A stretch of DNA of 64,000 nucleotides, taken from positions 186,001-250,000 of the forward strand of contig CBFDEM010000036.1 in the NCBI GenBank assembly GCA_965603825.1, in the 5' to 3' direction. The translations under genes were made by a program, and so were the position numbers. Each line of letters starts with the position of its first letter. The stretch's first letter is position 1. Source of the stretch: Blepharisma stoltei ATCC 30299. Taxonomy: Eukaryota > Protista > Ciliophora. Below the pieces are notes generated by a model. It did no database searches, was not told the DNA's origin, and was given only the letters and a program-made list of their open reading frames with translations. Below are positions 13,597-25,672 of the stretch, piece by piece.

Positions 13597-14982
13597 TTAA
13601 GCTTGAATCTTTTGGTAGTAAATTTCTTGAGGATTTTCTTTCTTTATCTTGTATGAGTGATAGAGAAATCCTGATAGGAAGCCAAGCAAGACGCCAGAAA
13701 GCACCCAATAAAGAGCATTAGTAGAACTCTGAGACCTGTTCTCCATAGCTTTTTCTTCAGCTTGAGCTTCATTTTTAATATTTTCCATTTTGCCTTCATC
13801 GATTAGGTCTGACTCAGGACCTAAAATGTCAATGAATTTAGTTGTTTTCCAATTTTTGGCAATTGCAAATCCAATCTGAAGAAACTCCGCATCAAAAATC
13901 GTATAATATTTCCTTAAAAATGGAGTTCCAAATAGCCAATAATCTAAACCAGTATAAAAAAGAAGTGTGCACATTTTTCGATATCTATAGAAATAATGTT
14001 CAGGCTCCAAACTAAATGTATATTTCCCTCCAAACACAAAGCTAATCGATGGATAGCTGCCTAATGGATAATCATAACAATTACACTCAATGAAGCCATT
14101 ATTTAATAAACAGCTTCCTGCTGCTGAAAGCTGATTATAAATGGCATCATACACAACTTTTGGAATAAAATTGAAAGTGGATCCAACGTCAAAAAGCGCA
14201 TAATACGTACGAGTTGGGATGGGAACATTATTTACTCTGACATTAGAGACTTGAAGGTTCCAAAGTCCATCATCCTGGTACACATCGATATATTTTATTT
14301 CTGTGCTTTGTGCGTAGCTTGCAAGATCATAGCCTCCAAAAATTATTGCAGAGCCATCATAATTGCTGCCAGCAAAATCATTATCATGTAAATAGACAGA
14401 AAATATTTTCTGCGAAATTTGACCCTGACTTCTTAAATTTTCAAGAAATGTTGGATACCCTGATATCGATCCATAAGTCAAACCTAAAACCCCATCAGCG
14501 TTTAGAAAATCCATTCCGCTATCTTTGTGAACTAAAGTAAACACTTGGTTTTTAATAGTTAAAGCATAGTCATCGCCGATGTAAAAGGTTTCCTGGCTTA
14601 AATCGCCTTCAACAAAATTCGAGAAATCATAGGTAATTCTATTGCTTTGGCCAAGGTTTTTGTAAGTGGAGCTGCTATAAGGGTCAAAATAGTTAGAAGC
14701 TTCGTGACATACATTTTGGCATCTTTTAGAGGGAATCCAAAGGAAGGGAGCACCAGTGCCAATTACAACAGTAAATAACTTTGGGGGTGAGCCAACATAG
14801 ATTTTAGCTGAGTAAACCCAATTTAAATTATTTTGGAGATCTGATGATGAAAGCAGTTCAGTCATCAATGGGCTTGTTGAGTTTGAGGCTGCCAATGGCT
14901 CTTTATAAAACTTCTTCAGTGGAATTTTTACAAAAGCAAATGATAAGCATATAAGGAGCGCTAAAATAGCTAAGGATTGCAT
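13597..14982 (-). CDS. Pepsin-family aspartic protease homolog with TM anchor; first catalytic Asp replaced (IGTGA)
   Basis: Collinear paralog of 11572-12951 with the same motifs; second motif FDVGS; tail YYQKIQA. Confidence 0.9.
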   Translation of the reverse strand: MQSLAILALLICLSFAFVKIPLKKFYKEPLAASNSTSPLMTELLSSSDLQNNLNWVYSAKIYVGSPPKLFTVVIGTGAPFLWIPSKRCQNVCHEASNYFDPYSSSTYKNLGQSNRITYDFSNFVEGDLSQETFYIGDDYALTIKNQVFTLVHKDSGMDFLNADGVLGLTYGSISGYPTFLENLRSQGQISQKIFSVYLHDNDFAGSNYDGSAIIFGGYDLASYAQSTEIKYIDVYQDDGLWNLQVSNVRVNNVPIPTRTYYALFDVGSTFNFIPKVVYDAIYNQLSAAGSCLLNNGFIECNCYDYPLGSYPSISFVFGGKYTFSLEPEHYFYRYRKMCTLLFYTGLDYWLFGTPFLRKYYTIFDAEFLQIGFAIAKNWKTTKFIDILGPESDLIDEGKMENIKNEAQAEEKAMENRSQSSTNALYWVLSGVLLGFLSGFLYHSYKIKKENPQEIYYQKIQA

Positions 14983-15453
14983 TTTATTTATGATAAATTT
15001 CTACATAATCATAAAATGTCTTTGTCAGCTTAGTTATCATGCTAAATTCCTACATATTTTTTGATGATGTCTATAATTTTAAAAAAATTATTATCAAAAT
15101 TATCTTTTTATTGCAATGAAATAGCTGTTGTTTAATTAAATTATACCAAAGCATAGACCTAAATAAGCTATAAAAATATCAGATTTGTTGTAGAGAGTTG
15201 TCTTCTCAATTTATAATTTAATAAATTAACTAAAGCATCTTTATGCTTTTTCGTTAATTAAAATTCGCCAATTATTGAAGATGCATAAAAAATGCATTGG
15301 CTGAGTGTTTATCTAGCAAAATCGAATTTTTAAAACGAGTAAATTCTTAATTAACTTAAGAAATAAAGTATGAGTATTCACTTAAAAGTATTTATAGTGG
15401 CTATAATAGAGGAGCTTTAATAATAAATTAATTGAAATTCTTACTTAAATAGA

Positions 15454-15600
15454 TTAAACATAAATCTTGTGATAATGAATTAAATTATCATCTATCTTCT
15501 TCCGTTTGTACCAAAGATAAATAAACCTTACCAGAAAAGCAAATAAAATGTCGAAAATCACCCTATAGTAGATGCTATTAGAAGGTTTAGCTTAAGTCTT
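15454..15600 (-). pseudogene. C-terminal relic of a fourth aspartic-protease-like paralog
   Basis: Translates AKPSNSIYYRVIFDILFAFLVRFIYLWYKRKKIDDNLIHYHKIYV*, matching the TM and tail of the neighbours; no protease domain upstream. Confidence 0.75.
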
Positions 15601-15881
15601 TTTGCTCCTCAGTGTGTCTTTTCATTTTTTCAACCTTGCATGCCTTTAAGATTGACAAACTGTTGCCATGATCTGGAAATTTCATCTGAGTCCTGAAACC
15701 TAAGGCATTCATTTGCTTGTTCTCTAAATTGTTATTTCAGTGAAATTCAATCAAGAACTTCAAAATGATTATGAGAGGACTAAGACTTAATATAAACTTA
15801 ATACCATTACGGCCAAAAAATTATATACAGTTAGCAAGGACAATTTAAAATTTAATGAAAAAGATTTAGCATTAAAATGAA

Positions 15882-17251
15882 TTAAGCATTAATCTTTTGA
15901 TAATAGGCTTCTTCATCATAGCCTTTGCTCATCTTTGATGACAGACAAACAAATCCTGATACGCAAATAAGTAAAATTCCAGTTATAGCCCAATATGAAA
16001 TATTTTCATATCTATATTCAAGTGCTTTTTCAGTTTTGATGTCAATATTTTTAATTTTATCTGCATCAAGCGATTTTGAATCAGCTTCTAAAGCCTCAAT
16101 AGTAGGGTACCCTAATTCTTGGCTTGCAAGAACAAGTCCAATCCTTCCATTCTCCGCATCAAAAATGGTATAATATTTTCTTAAAAATACACTTCCAAAT
16201 GTTCATGATTCATAGTCGCCTACTCCGAAAAGAAGATAGCAGTAGCTATCATGCTTAAGAAAATAATTCTGGGGGTCCAAACTAAAGCTTTCCACGGTCC
16301 CTAGTCCTAAGGAAAAACTAATAGACGGGTATTTATTAATTGAATAGTTGCTGCAATCACACACAAAATGCCCTCTTTCATGCCAGCAGCTCCCAAGTTC
16401 TGCTATTTTGCTGGCAATATTGTCAAACTCTGTTTTTGGTGCATAAATAACGCTTGCTCCAACATCAAAAAATGCTTTAGATGGCTTAGTTGATATGACG
16501 AAATCATCTAATTTTACCTCAGACAATGGCACACTCCATCTTCCAGCTCTATCAGTTAAGTTCAAAAACTTGATTTCTTTATTTTGGGCATAGAACAAGT
16601 CATACCCTCCAAATATAATTGTTGAGGTATCATAGCCGCTTCCTTGAAATCCGTTATCGCTCAAATAAATTGAAAATATTTTATTTGAAATCTGTTTGGA
16701 GCTATGCAAGCGGTCAAAAAACGTTAAATACCCCATTGTAAAATTATACTCCAGGCCTAAAACTCCATCAAAGAACGCCCCATCATATCCATCATTTTGA
16801 TTAGCTAAAATAAAATTTTGATTTTTAATTTGCATATCATTAAGTTCTCCGATTTTGAATGTTTCGGTACTTAAATCTCCTATAACGAAACTATAGCCTT
16901 CGTTTTTTATTTTAATTCGGCCTATATATTTATAAGTCGAGCTGCTATTAGAATCAAAATAATTCGTAGCCTGGTGGCATGAAAGTTTGCATTTAATCGA
17001 AGGAATCCAAAGCCAAGGAGATCCTGTGCTAACTTGAACATTAATAGCTGAGGAGGAGAGCCAGCGTAGATTTGAATTGAATATTGCTTGTTGAGGTAGT
17101 TGTTGAAATAGGATTCTGATATTAGCTGGGTTGTAGGCAGAGTAGTTGGTATTGCGGTGGCTAATTCTTCTTTGTCCAGCCAATTGAGAGGAATTCTCAT
17201 ATATGAGAATGAAGTAGCTATAAGAAGCAACAGAATGCTTAAGGTAACCAT
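15882..17251 (-). pseudogene. Third aspartic-protease-like paralog with a single 1-nt frameshift at ~17043 (pseudogene or sequence error); first motif VSTGS
   Basis: Signal-peptide frame (17251) reads ..GSPPQL then needs one extra T to continue as FNVQVSTGSPWLWIP in the 16203-17183 frame; TGA at 16203 = Trp (SWTFGSVFLRKYY); TM and AYYQKINA* ending 15882. Confidence 0.75.
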
Positions 17252-17756
17252 TTATTTCTTTGAGCTTTCTATAATAATTTAAATATCACTCTCATTTTTG
17301 AATAAGCTATTGATCCTAATTGAAATTAAATAGTAATAAAATATAGGTATTATAGATTATAGTTAAAAAATTTTATTATTGCCCTAAAAATCATAATTAT
17401 CTAGCAAATCGCCAGGTTTTTTTTTTAATTTTATTTTTAGAATAAAATAAAGCTCTTAATAAATTTTGAATAAGATAAGAACGCTTCAAAAAATTTTCTT
17501 TTCAATTAATTATTAAGATCTTTTATTCTATTTCCCTATTTGCATTTTGCCTTCCATAATTGTTGAAAGGATCAGTCACAATGGTAATAATAATGGCTCT
17601 AAAAGTCTGATTTTACCAAATTTTATATAAACCCTTAAACTTAAGTTAAACTTTTCAAAGAAATGACTGATTTATAAATCATGATAATTACCTCGAAACG
17701 AATTTCATACAAAAAAGAAGAGAAATCTCAAATTAAAACACAAAATGTTACATTAA

Positions 17757-18041
17757 TTAGCTAGTAAGAGTTCTTGGAAATACGTAATTTGCTAGCGGAT
17801 GATAATCGTTATCATTGATTGTTCTGCTTTTTCTCAGTCGTCTTTCAACCTTAGGGGAATCGTATGACTGTTTTCGATTATTTAAATCTAATTCAGCACT
17901 GTTGGCTAGTTCTTTGTGACTTTCTGCATCAGGGCTTATAGGCTGGCAATATTCCGAGAAATCTTTGGTAGAGGAGCCTGGACCATGGCGAGTTTTTGAA
18001 GACTTTTTCCCAGTGAAACAGCAAAATATAAAACCTCTCAT
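17757..18041 (-). CDS. Small hypothetical protein (94 aa) with N-terminal CC (possible palmitoylation)
   Basis: ATG..TAA ORF, more GC-rich than flanks; MRGFIFCCFTGKK start. Confidence 0.6.
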   Translation of the reverse strand: MRGFIFCCFTGKKSSKTRHGPGSSTKDFSEYCQPISPDAESHKELANSAELDLNNRKQSYDSPKVERRLRKSRTINDNDYHPLANYVFPRTLTS

Positions 18042-18702
18042 ATTTAGTGCTGAATTATTTGATTATAAGTTAATAAAAATTATTCATTTGTAGATTAAGT
18101 TAATGGACTTAACATTTATAAAATGGGATATGGAGGATTTTAGATATAACTATAAAATTTATGATCAAAAAGTTTATTAAATGTGAATTTTTATAGAGAA
18201 TTAGGAGGCGAAATGGATATAAGAAATTAAGATATGGCAATCAAGAAATTTTAAATTTGCTAGATATACCTACAATACTGGCTTTCAACTTAAAAATGGC
18301 AAATCTTTTGTTAGCAAATTTTTAACTTTAATAAATAGGACCTATTTAGATCTTTTGCTTTCTCAGATTATCTTAAATTTCTATACGATAATCATAATTC
18401 AATAAGCTATTTCTCTATACATTGCAATTTTTTACTAAATGATTCAAGTAATAAAATCAAAAAGAGTTTCGAAAGATAATTCTTCTTTCCAATCGAAAAA
18501 TGAAAATCCAAACTAATTTTGGTGAATCTCCTTCATTCTTAAGTATAAAAATCTTTATAATTAATATATTCATCACGATTTCAATTTATTTATCTGTAAA
18601 TGAGTCATCAAATCATCATAAATATGTCAATACTTATTATTAAAATTATAGATAATTTGATCACAATTTTATTTTAATTAAGCATTCAAATTTAAAATTA
18701 TA

Positions 18703-19611
18703 TTAATCCAGATCTATTACTTCTTGTGCAGCAGTCTTAACTCTTTTCTTTGGCTGACCTTCCTTTTCAATCTTCTTTAATCAATGACTATATTGCCCTA
18801 GCATATCACTGACCACTTTTTGTGCTGTTCTTTGGGATTTTCCTTTAATATAATTTCAAGGCCACCCTCCTTCAACTTCCAGCCCATACTCAATAAAATC
18901 AAAATCCCTACAGCCTTTCTCTTTCAGATAATATAAAATTTCAGTCCTCCTAACTTCTTCACAATTTTCTCTCTTGATCAAAGGCATCTCTTTATTGATT
19001 TTTGCAAGTTTAATTAAATCTATCGCATAATACATTTTGGCAACTTTACCCGTCCAGTGACTATGAGGCACTTCTATAAATGGCAAACCTGCTCTTTTAA
19101 TTTCTTCACTCGAAATTCTATAATCAAGCTCAGCTGATTCTTCCGACATCATTGAGTATTTGGGTGATTTCGCACAAGACTTGCATAGAGTAAACTGTAG
19201 CATCGGTAAATAGTGAAGTTTATTTAATAAATTGTAGCATTCATGGCAACATTTATATGTGATTTCTATTCAAACTAGTTTTCATTTAACAGTTTCTGCG
19301 AATTTTGGCCTTCGGGCTTCTTCTGGTCATTCTTTGGTGATTTTTAGATTGGAAGCGACTTCTAAGGTATTAATCAACACCTGTGGGGCAAGATATTGGC
19401 ATTGCCGCTTTCATAGAAAATGGTCTTGAGAAGCTAAATATCACTGCTTGGATACCATTGATAATTTAGTGATCTCTCGAGCTACGAGAAATTCATAGAC
19501 AAGGGTTATGGATCTTGTGAATTTCCCTGATTGGGCTTGGATTGAAGGAAGGAGAGATTTGAGGTTTATTTTAAAGTTTTTTGAGAGGCTTCTTTTCTTA
19601 TATTCAAACAT
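18703..19611 (-). CDS. F-box protein fused to an XPA-like zinc-binding/DNA-binding domain (302 aa)
   Basis: With TGA=W: F-box-like LVYEFLVAREITKLSMVSKQWYLASQDHFLWKRQC; CHEC..CKSC zinc motif then YSMMSEESAELDYRISSEEI..LPFIEVPHSHWTGKVAKMYY resembling the XPA core; ends PRKRVK..EVIDLD*. Confidence 0.75.
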
Positions 19612-19860
19612 TAAGCCCCTGAATAATAATAAAAAACTGGAAAATAATTTGGGGTTACTCGGAGTTGGAATGTATTATTTTAAGTCTTAATGATAAATAT
19701 TTATTATATTAAACAAAAATTACTGTGGGAATAGATAGGTACTATGCCATTTCTATTTATACATTTATCTTCAAAGCTTAGACTAAGTTTTATCTAGACC
19801 TCAATAAATTTTGATATGAACAGTAATCTCTCAAACTATTTCTATTAATTGAACCAATTT

Positions 19861-21261
19861 TTAATTATTGCCATGAATTGCTTGGGTGATTTCTTCTAAA
19901 ATCCTATCTGCAGCTTCCATTTTATTAACTTCTCTAACCGAAGCCAGCACCAATTTCATCCTTGCTCCACCTCTGTCACTTGAATTTGACTGTGCTTTGA
20001 TGGTAAAAGCCCACTCTTTTTGCAAAGCATTGGAAACCACATTATCAAAGCCAATTTCATCAATAGCCATCATTTCCATTAAATCTTCAGCTGAAATTTT
20101 CAGTAATTGGGCTGCAGTATCATCGAAAGCTGTAACATAAGCGCTTTCAGTTGAGTCGTGAATCCTTAAGGTCAGTATATATCTTGGTATAGGCTTATTA
20201 AACGCTTTATTGCAGGAACTGCAGTGATAAAGTCCATCAGAGTCTAAAATGGCCTTTTTCTTGCACTTATCTTTATTTATGCACGATTCGTAAGTCATGC
20301 TTTGTCTGTCGTCTCTTTTAATAAATCCAACAAAAGCTCTTACGTTGTAGAATGCTTCTTTCGTGCTGGGGTCAGCATTTTCCCAATATTCTTTGATTTC
20401 TTTAATTGTTTTTAATTGCCTTGAGGACTTTTTCTCGCTTTTTACTGTGAGATTTTCTGCTAGAATTTCAGAATCTCGAGGATTTCTTTTCCATTCTTTT
20501 AAGTCTCTGACAATGGCAAGATAATCATCAGGGTCTATTAAAACACGAGAAATTCCTCTATCAGTGGTGAGGGAAATCCCATCAAAATGCGAAATTCTTA
20601 CTTTTGCAGCCACCACGACAGGAAAAGCCTCTAAATCGATAACATTTCAGTCTGCCTTCGTGGCATCATCTCCCCAAAGGGCTAAATCAACCATCGCCAT
20701 GCTTTGATCCATGATTTTGATGTTTCTTTTGACTAAGTTATCACCTTTTTTGGATGTAAATTCAGCCATATCAGAAACCTCGACAATGACGCCGCATACA
20801 TCTACAGTCCTTTTGTCTGGCAAGTTTTTTAATTCTGATAGTGGGACTAAGGTTAGCTTGGCTGCTGCTATTTCTCCGTTGTCTTGGGTTTGAACAATTG
20901 CTGATTTCTTATCAAAAGAAATTTGATAGTCGTTGTTTACTTTTCTGTATTGCTGACTTGCTAGCTTGACATATCCTCCTGAAAACAAATAAGTTTTCCC
21001 CTGCTCAATGGTATCAAAAAATAAGTCGACTCCTTCATTAAAAAATGTGCCTTCTATTTCGGTGCCTTCATGGTCGATAATAATAATCGAAAACATTTTT
21101 CCCGGGCGATTTCCACTAAAATTTTTTATTGCTGATTTCATTGTGATACGGCCTTTTATGACCCAGTCTTGGCTCATGGTGGTTAATACTCTAATTGGCA
21201 TGTAGTCATTTGCCGCCTTATTGCTTGAAGTTGGATTAGTCTTGTTAAGCATTTGCGCCAT
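19861..21261 (-). CDS. RPA1: Replication protein A large subunit-like (OB folds A, B, C with zinc ribbon), lacking the N-terminal OB domain; 466 aa
   Basis: WVIKGRITMKS..GKMFSI, TVDVCGVI, LALWG, C..CKKK..YHCSSC, RYILTLRIHDST; two ORFs joined in frame by TGA at 20647. Confidence 0.85.
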
Positions 21262-21647
21262 TATATGATCAATATTCTTATAATTATTAAAATATCATGA
21301 TGAGTTTCTACTGGGTAATTTGCGACTGACAATGATGACAAGTAGAGATCTGATTTGTGTTTAATTGCATCGAATAATTATTTGAGGATGCACTGTTGTA
21401 TACTTATGTAATAAATTTGCTTCTTTAAGCTTCATGAATATCTGTATAAATAATACATAAGAAGCTGAGAAAGAGAGTTGAGTGTGTTTATCGTAATTAA
21501 AAATAAGCTTTGAGCATTGATTTATGGGTATACAATATTAATATGCTGCTTCTCAGGCTAATAAGCACTTAAAACCAAACTAAAATGGATTCAGAAATAA
21601 ATCAATCTAGCACCTTTTTAATTTTAAAATATTAAAACCTTATAATA

Positions 21648-24600
21648 TTAATTATTAGAATGCTTTGACTTAGCTTTAACAATCCTTCTAACCTCAGTAT
21701 CATTAAAATTATTCAGCTGAACTCTTTTGCTCATTATTATTTTTTGCAATATTTCTGCTTGTATTACATTTAAGCTTCCAACTAAATATTTAATCGCCTC
21801 AACATTAGACGCTTGCAAAGTTTTCATCATATTTTTAAAGTATGTGCATTCATCGACTTCGTCCATTGGAGTCAATAATGCTTTCAAAGCCATATTCGCT
21901 TGTTCTTCTTCACTAATAGCTTTTTTCTTTGAAATTCCTTTAATAGAAATTGTTGTGGATTTTGTTGTTTTCACAACTTCTAAATTATTTTTTTCTTTTC
22001 CCTTCTTAATCTTATTGAGCTGTGCATCAGGATTTAAAATATCAATAATTACTTGAAAAATAACAGTCAGCATATTTGAAACTTGCTCAGGAAATGTGGG
22101 CTGAGATATTAATGAAACAAGCCCAATAACTGCTACTTTTTTATCATAAGCGTGAGAAAAATTCCTTGAGTTAATAGTAATTTTTTGTAAAATAAAATTT
22201 AAGCAGTTTTCCCCATCATCACAGTGTGTTTGAGATAAAATTGACATTGATAGTTGGCAGTTATAAGAAAATGAGGCTAAAATTACATTTAAAAGCCGAA
22301 TCATGAAAAAATCATGCTTTACGTTAGAAGTCATGCGATCTATTGTTACAGAAAGAATTTGAGGAATCAAACCATCTATCAGCCCTGGAAAAGTGTGTAG
22401 CATTTGCTGATAAATTAAAGCTGCTTCAGAGTTAATAGCTTCTGAGGTTCGCTTTTTATATTTAGCAACCAAGCATTTGCTACACATTTCAGCAATTACT
22501 TGCAATGCTTGTGTATTTTTTGCAAGCACCTCTTTTCCATAGTATATATAGCAACTTAATAAAGGGAAAATCTGAATAAACGTGTTATCATTTTTTTCTT
22601 GTATCAATTTTATATGACTAAATAATATTCAGCACACCTCACTTATCTGCAGTGACTTCTTTATCAAAGCAATTTCAAATAAAACAATATCATCATCAAA
22701 CTCAATATCATAAGGGTTTTTTAAATACTCAAACAAAGGGATTAATTTTTGTTCTAAGTCAATGGTCTCTTCTACTGTAATATTTTCACTTTCTGCAATG
22801 AATCTTATTATATTCCAGCATTTGCTGATAATCAGATTTGTTTTTTTCTTCTTTTTTGTGCTCTCACTTGTAGAAAGGATTTGAAGCTCTGATTGGATTT
22901 TATTCACAAGATGAGGGATAAGCACTGAGAAATATGGCTTTATGGCTTCAAAGCTTTGAGAAGTTATCTGATATAGAACTTCAAAAAAATTATTGGACCT
23001 TTGCTGGGGGATTATGCTCACGAGTGAGCTTACGACTGAATATATAAGAGAATGCAGCCTTATGAAGTGCCTATCAGCTTGAATTATAGAATATAAGGCA
23101 CTAGAAGCCTGCAAAGAAACTGCTTGATTTGTTGCTTGTGGATCACTGAAGCTCAGGATTATTTGTATAAAATGAGAAAAACTATCAGGAAGCTCATTAA
23201 ATAAATAAAGACCGAAGTATTGAATTATCATACAGATTCTGTGATGAATTATAATAGATGATGTGTCCAATAAAGATTTTGTATGGGTCGATAAAAATTG
23301 TTCAAGCATTCCTATTAAGTCTTTTCTAGCTAAAATATTATCAGATAAAACACATAAGGCCAGCAGCAAGACTTCAATTCTTTGCTCCTCAGATATAAGG
23401 AAAATCTTTGTGTTCTTATATTCAGAAATCCCTACATAGGAATCAACAGGAGTACGAGCTAATGCAAGCATTATCGTTTGTATAGTAAAGGTCATAATAA
23501 AACTCAGCGCTCCGTCAACATTTTCTGAAATTGCTAACAGTAACTGTGATGCACAAGTTTTAAATGTGTCTGTCCCTTGTCGTTCACAAATTTCTATTGA
23601 AGCATTTGCAAATTCTTCAGGATCAGAATTAATATTTACATAATCTTCTCCAAATGCTTTTATTAAAGGAAAACAAATTTCGATTATGATTCCTTTGAAG
23701 CTTTGCAGAAATAGCCAGGAAAATCGCTTTTCTGAGGAAAGCTTGAATAAAATAAGGAGAATTTCAATAAAGTAGTCTGAAACATAGCTTTTTTGCAGAA
23801 GATCTTCATAATTAGGCTGAGAAATAATAAGATGCAAAGTGACTGTCAATTTTTCTATTAATTGCTGAAGCATAGCTATAAATGGAGAATCAGGCATATC
23901 AAGACCCATTAAAGGAGCATTATCAAAATCATTGTTTTTATTCTCAGATAAATATAGCAAAAGTAAATTAAGTCCTTGCAAGAGCTGATTTTTTGAGTTA
24001 TTTATTTTTATATGAAAAGGCAGATCAGTCACATAAATCAAGCAGTTATCACCAATGGGATTATCAATAATAACAAATCCAATGATTTCGGCAAAAATTT
24101 CAGCTAAGTTGGCCATATCTTTAACATCTCCTAGAAACCTTCGATTCACGACTTCAAAATGCTCAAGCATCGTGTTAAAGCATCCACAAATTTCTGACAA
24201 AATATGAGCTAAATCCATATCAATCTCTCCTGCCCTTAATTTTTCCACAATATTTTTGGCAATCTCTATCAATTTTTCAGACACATATTTAAAATGGCTA
24301 GTCAGTGATGCATTTTGAGTTTCTCCATTAAAAATTGATCGAATAATTCTTAGACTTCCTAGAATTGCAGGGATATCTCCATCAAGTGATACAAAAATGT
24401 AAGGGAAAATAGATGAAAGTATCTCATCACTTGCCTCAATGAAAATAGGAGCCAAAGCATATCCTAATGAAGCTCTTAATTGCATGTCCAGAATTGGACT
24501 TGTCAGAGTAGTAAAAAGGCTATGGACATAACATAGAATTGTTTGTGTAGGTGTAGAGTTCATATCTATGTTTTTAATGAACCTATTTATCTGGATTGCA

Positions 24601-24794
24601 GCTGAATTCTTGATTTGCGGATTTATGTCGGGGCTGGATGCTGAAAGTATTCCGATTAAAGCTTGCAAGTAATTTTCTTGGTCTTGAGAAATAGTTTCAA
24701 GCTCTTCTTCAATTGATAAACGTTGAGATTTATTTGTGACTGTGAATGTTTTGTTAAGAAGATCAGCGACTTTAAAAACAAGGTCCTGATTCAT
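21648..24794 (-). CDS. Importin-beta family protein (importin-7/8-like), 1048 aa
   Basis: N-terminal IBN-like helix (IKNSAAIQI), HEAT-like helices, DPEEF motif, YDKKVAVIGL; ORFs joined by TGA at 22629. Confidence 0.7.
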
Positions 24795-25066
24795 ATTATT
24801 TGTAATAGATTAAAATATTTTATTTTAATTTATATTGTGTTGCGCTATAAGAAGCAAGGAGGCTGATTTTATTAGGAAAACTATTAATATAGGTGTATTA
24901 TACTTAAATGAAATTGCAATATTTCCAACCTACAATCAATTTTCAAATTCCTCAACTACAATCAATAATTTTCCTTTCCAGTAAAAAATTCACAAATTTT
25001 ATATTGAACTTAGCGAATTTCTGCTGATTTCTCTTTAATTCTCTTTTATCTCAAATTTCTAATTAA

Positions 25067-25672
25067 ATGGAGGAAATCCCAACCTTAAAGATTCTTACAC
25101 TAGGTGATGCCAGCGTTGGCAAAACTTGTATCCTTCTCCGATTTTCAGAAGACGAGTTTCCAACCGTAACGATGCCAACTATAGGAATTGAATATAAAAC
25201 GAAACTTGTGCAAATCCAAGGTGAGCAGGTCAAGTTACAGGTATGGGACACTGCAGGACAGGAACGCTACCACCGCACACTTGCAAGCACTTTTTACCGT
25301 CGCGCAAATGGGATTGTACTCGTTTTTGATTTGACTGACAGGAATTCTTTAGATCATGTCGAAAATTGGATGAAGCAGATCAGGCAGAAAGCTGATCCCA
25401 AAGTTGCAATTATTTTGGTAGGAAATAAAATGGATTTAATTGATCAAACTACCTTTCCTGATGGAAAAGCGCTTGCTGATTCTTATGGTATTCCTTTTTT
25501 CATGGTGAGTGCTAAGACAGGCAAAAATATTGCTGAGGTTTATAATACTTTGTCAGATATGATCGTAAGGCAAGATCCCACAGTTTTGCAAGGAAATAAT
25601 GCACCACCTGCAACAGTCCATGTCAGGACTCCTCCTGTTGTGCAAAAGAAAGATACTATGTGCTGCAAATAA
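25067..25672 (+). CDS. Rab GTPase (Rab8/Rab1-like)
   Basis: GDASVGKT, WDTAGQERY, NKMD, SAK, C-terminal CCK. Confidence 0.92.
   Translation: MEEIPTLKILTLGDASVGKTCILLRFSEDEFPTVTMPTIGIEYKTKLVQIQGEQVKLQVWDTAGQERYHRTLASTFYRRANGIVLVFDLTDRNSLDHVENWMKQIRQKADPKVAIILVGNKMDLIDQTTFPDGKALADSYGIPFFMVSAKTGKNIAEVYNTLSDMIVRQDPTVLQGNNAPPATVHVRTPPVVQKKDTMCCK

Noticed and set aside
17035-17050. Euplotes-style programmed ribosomal frameshift in protease-like copy 3
   Set aside because: No in-frame AAA-TAA/TAG site or slippery heptamer; a 1-nt deletion or error is simpler
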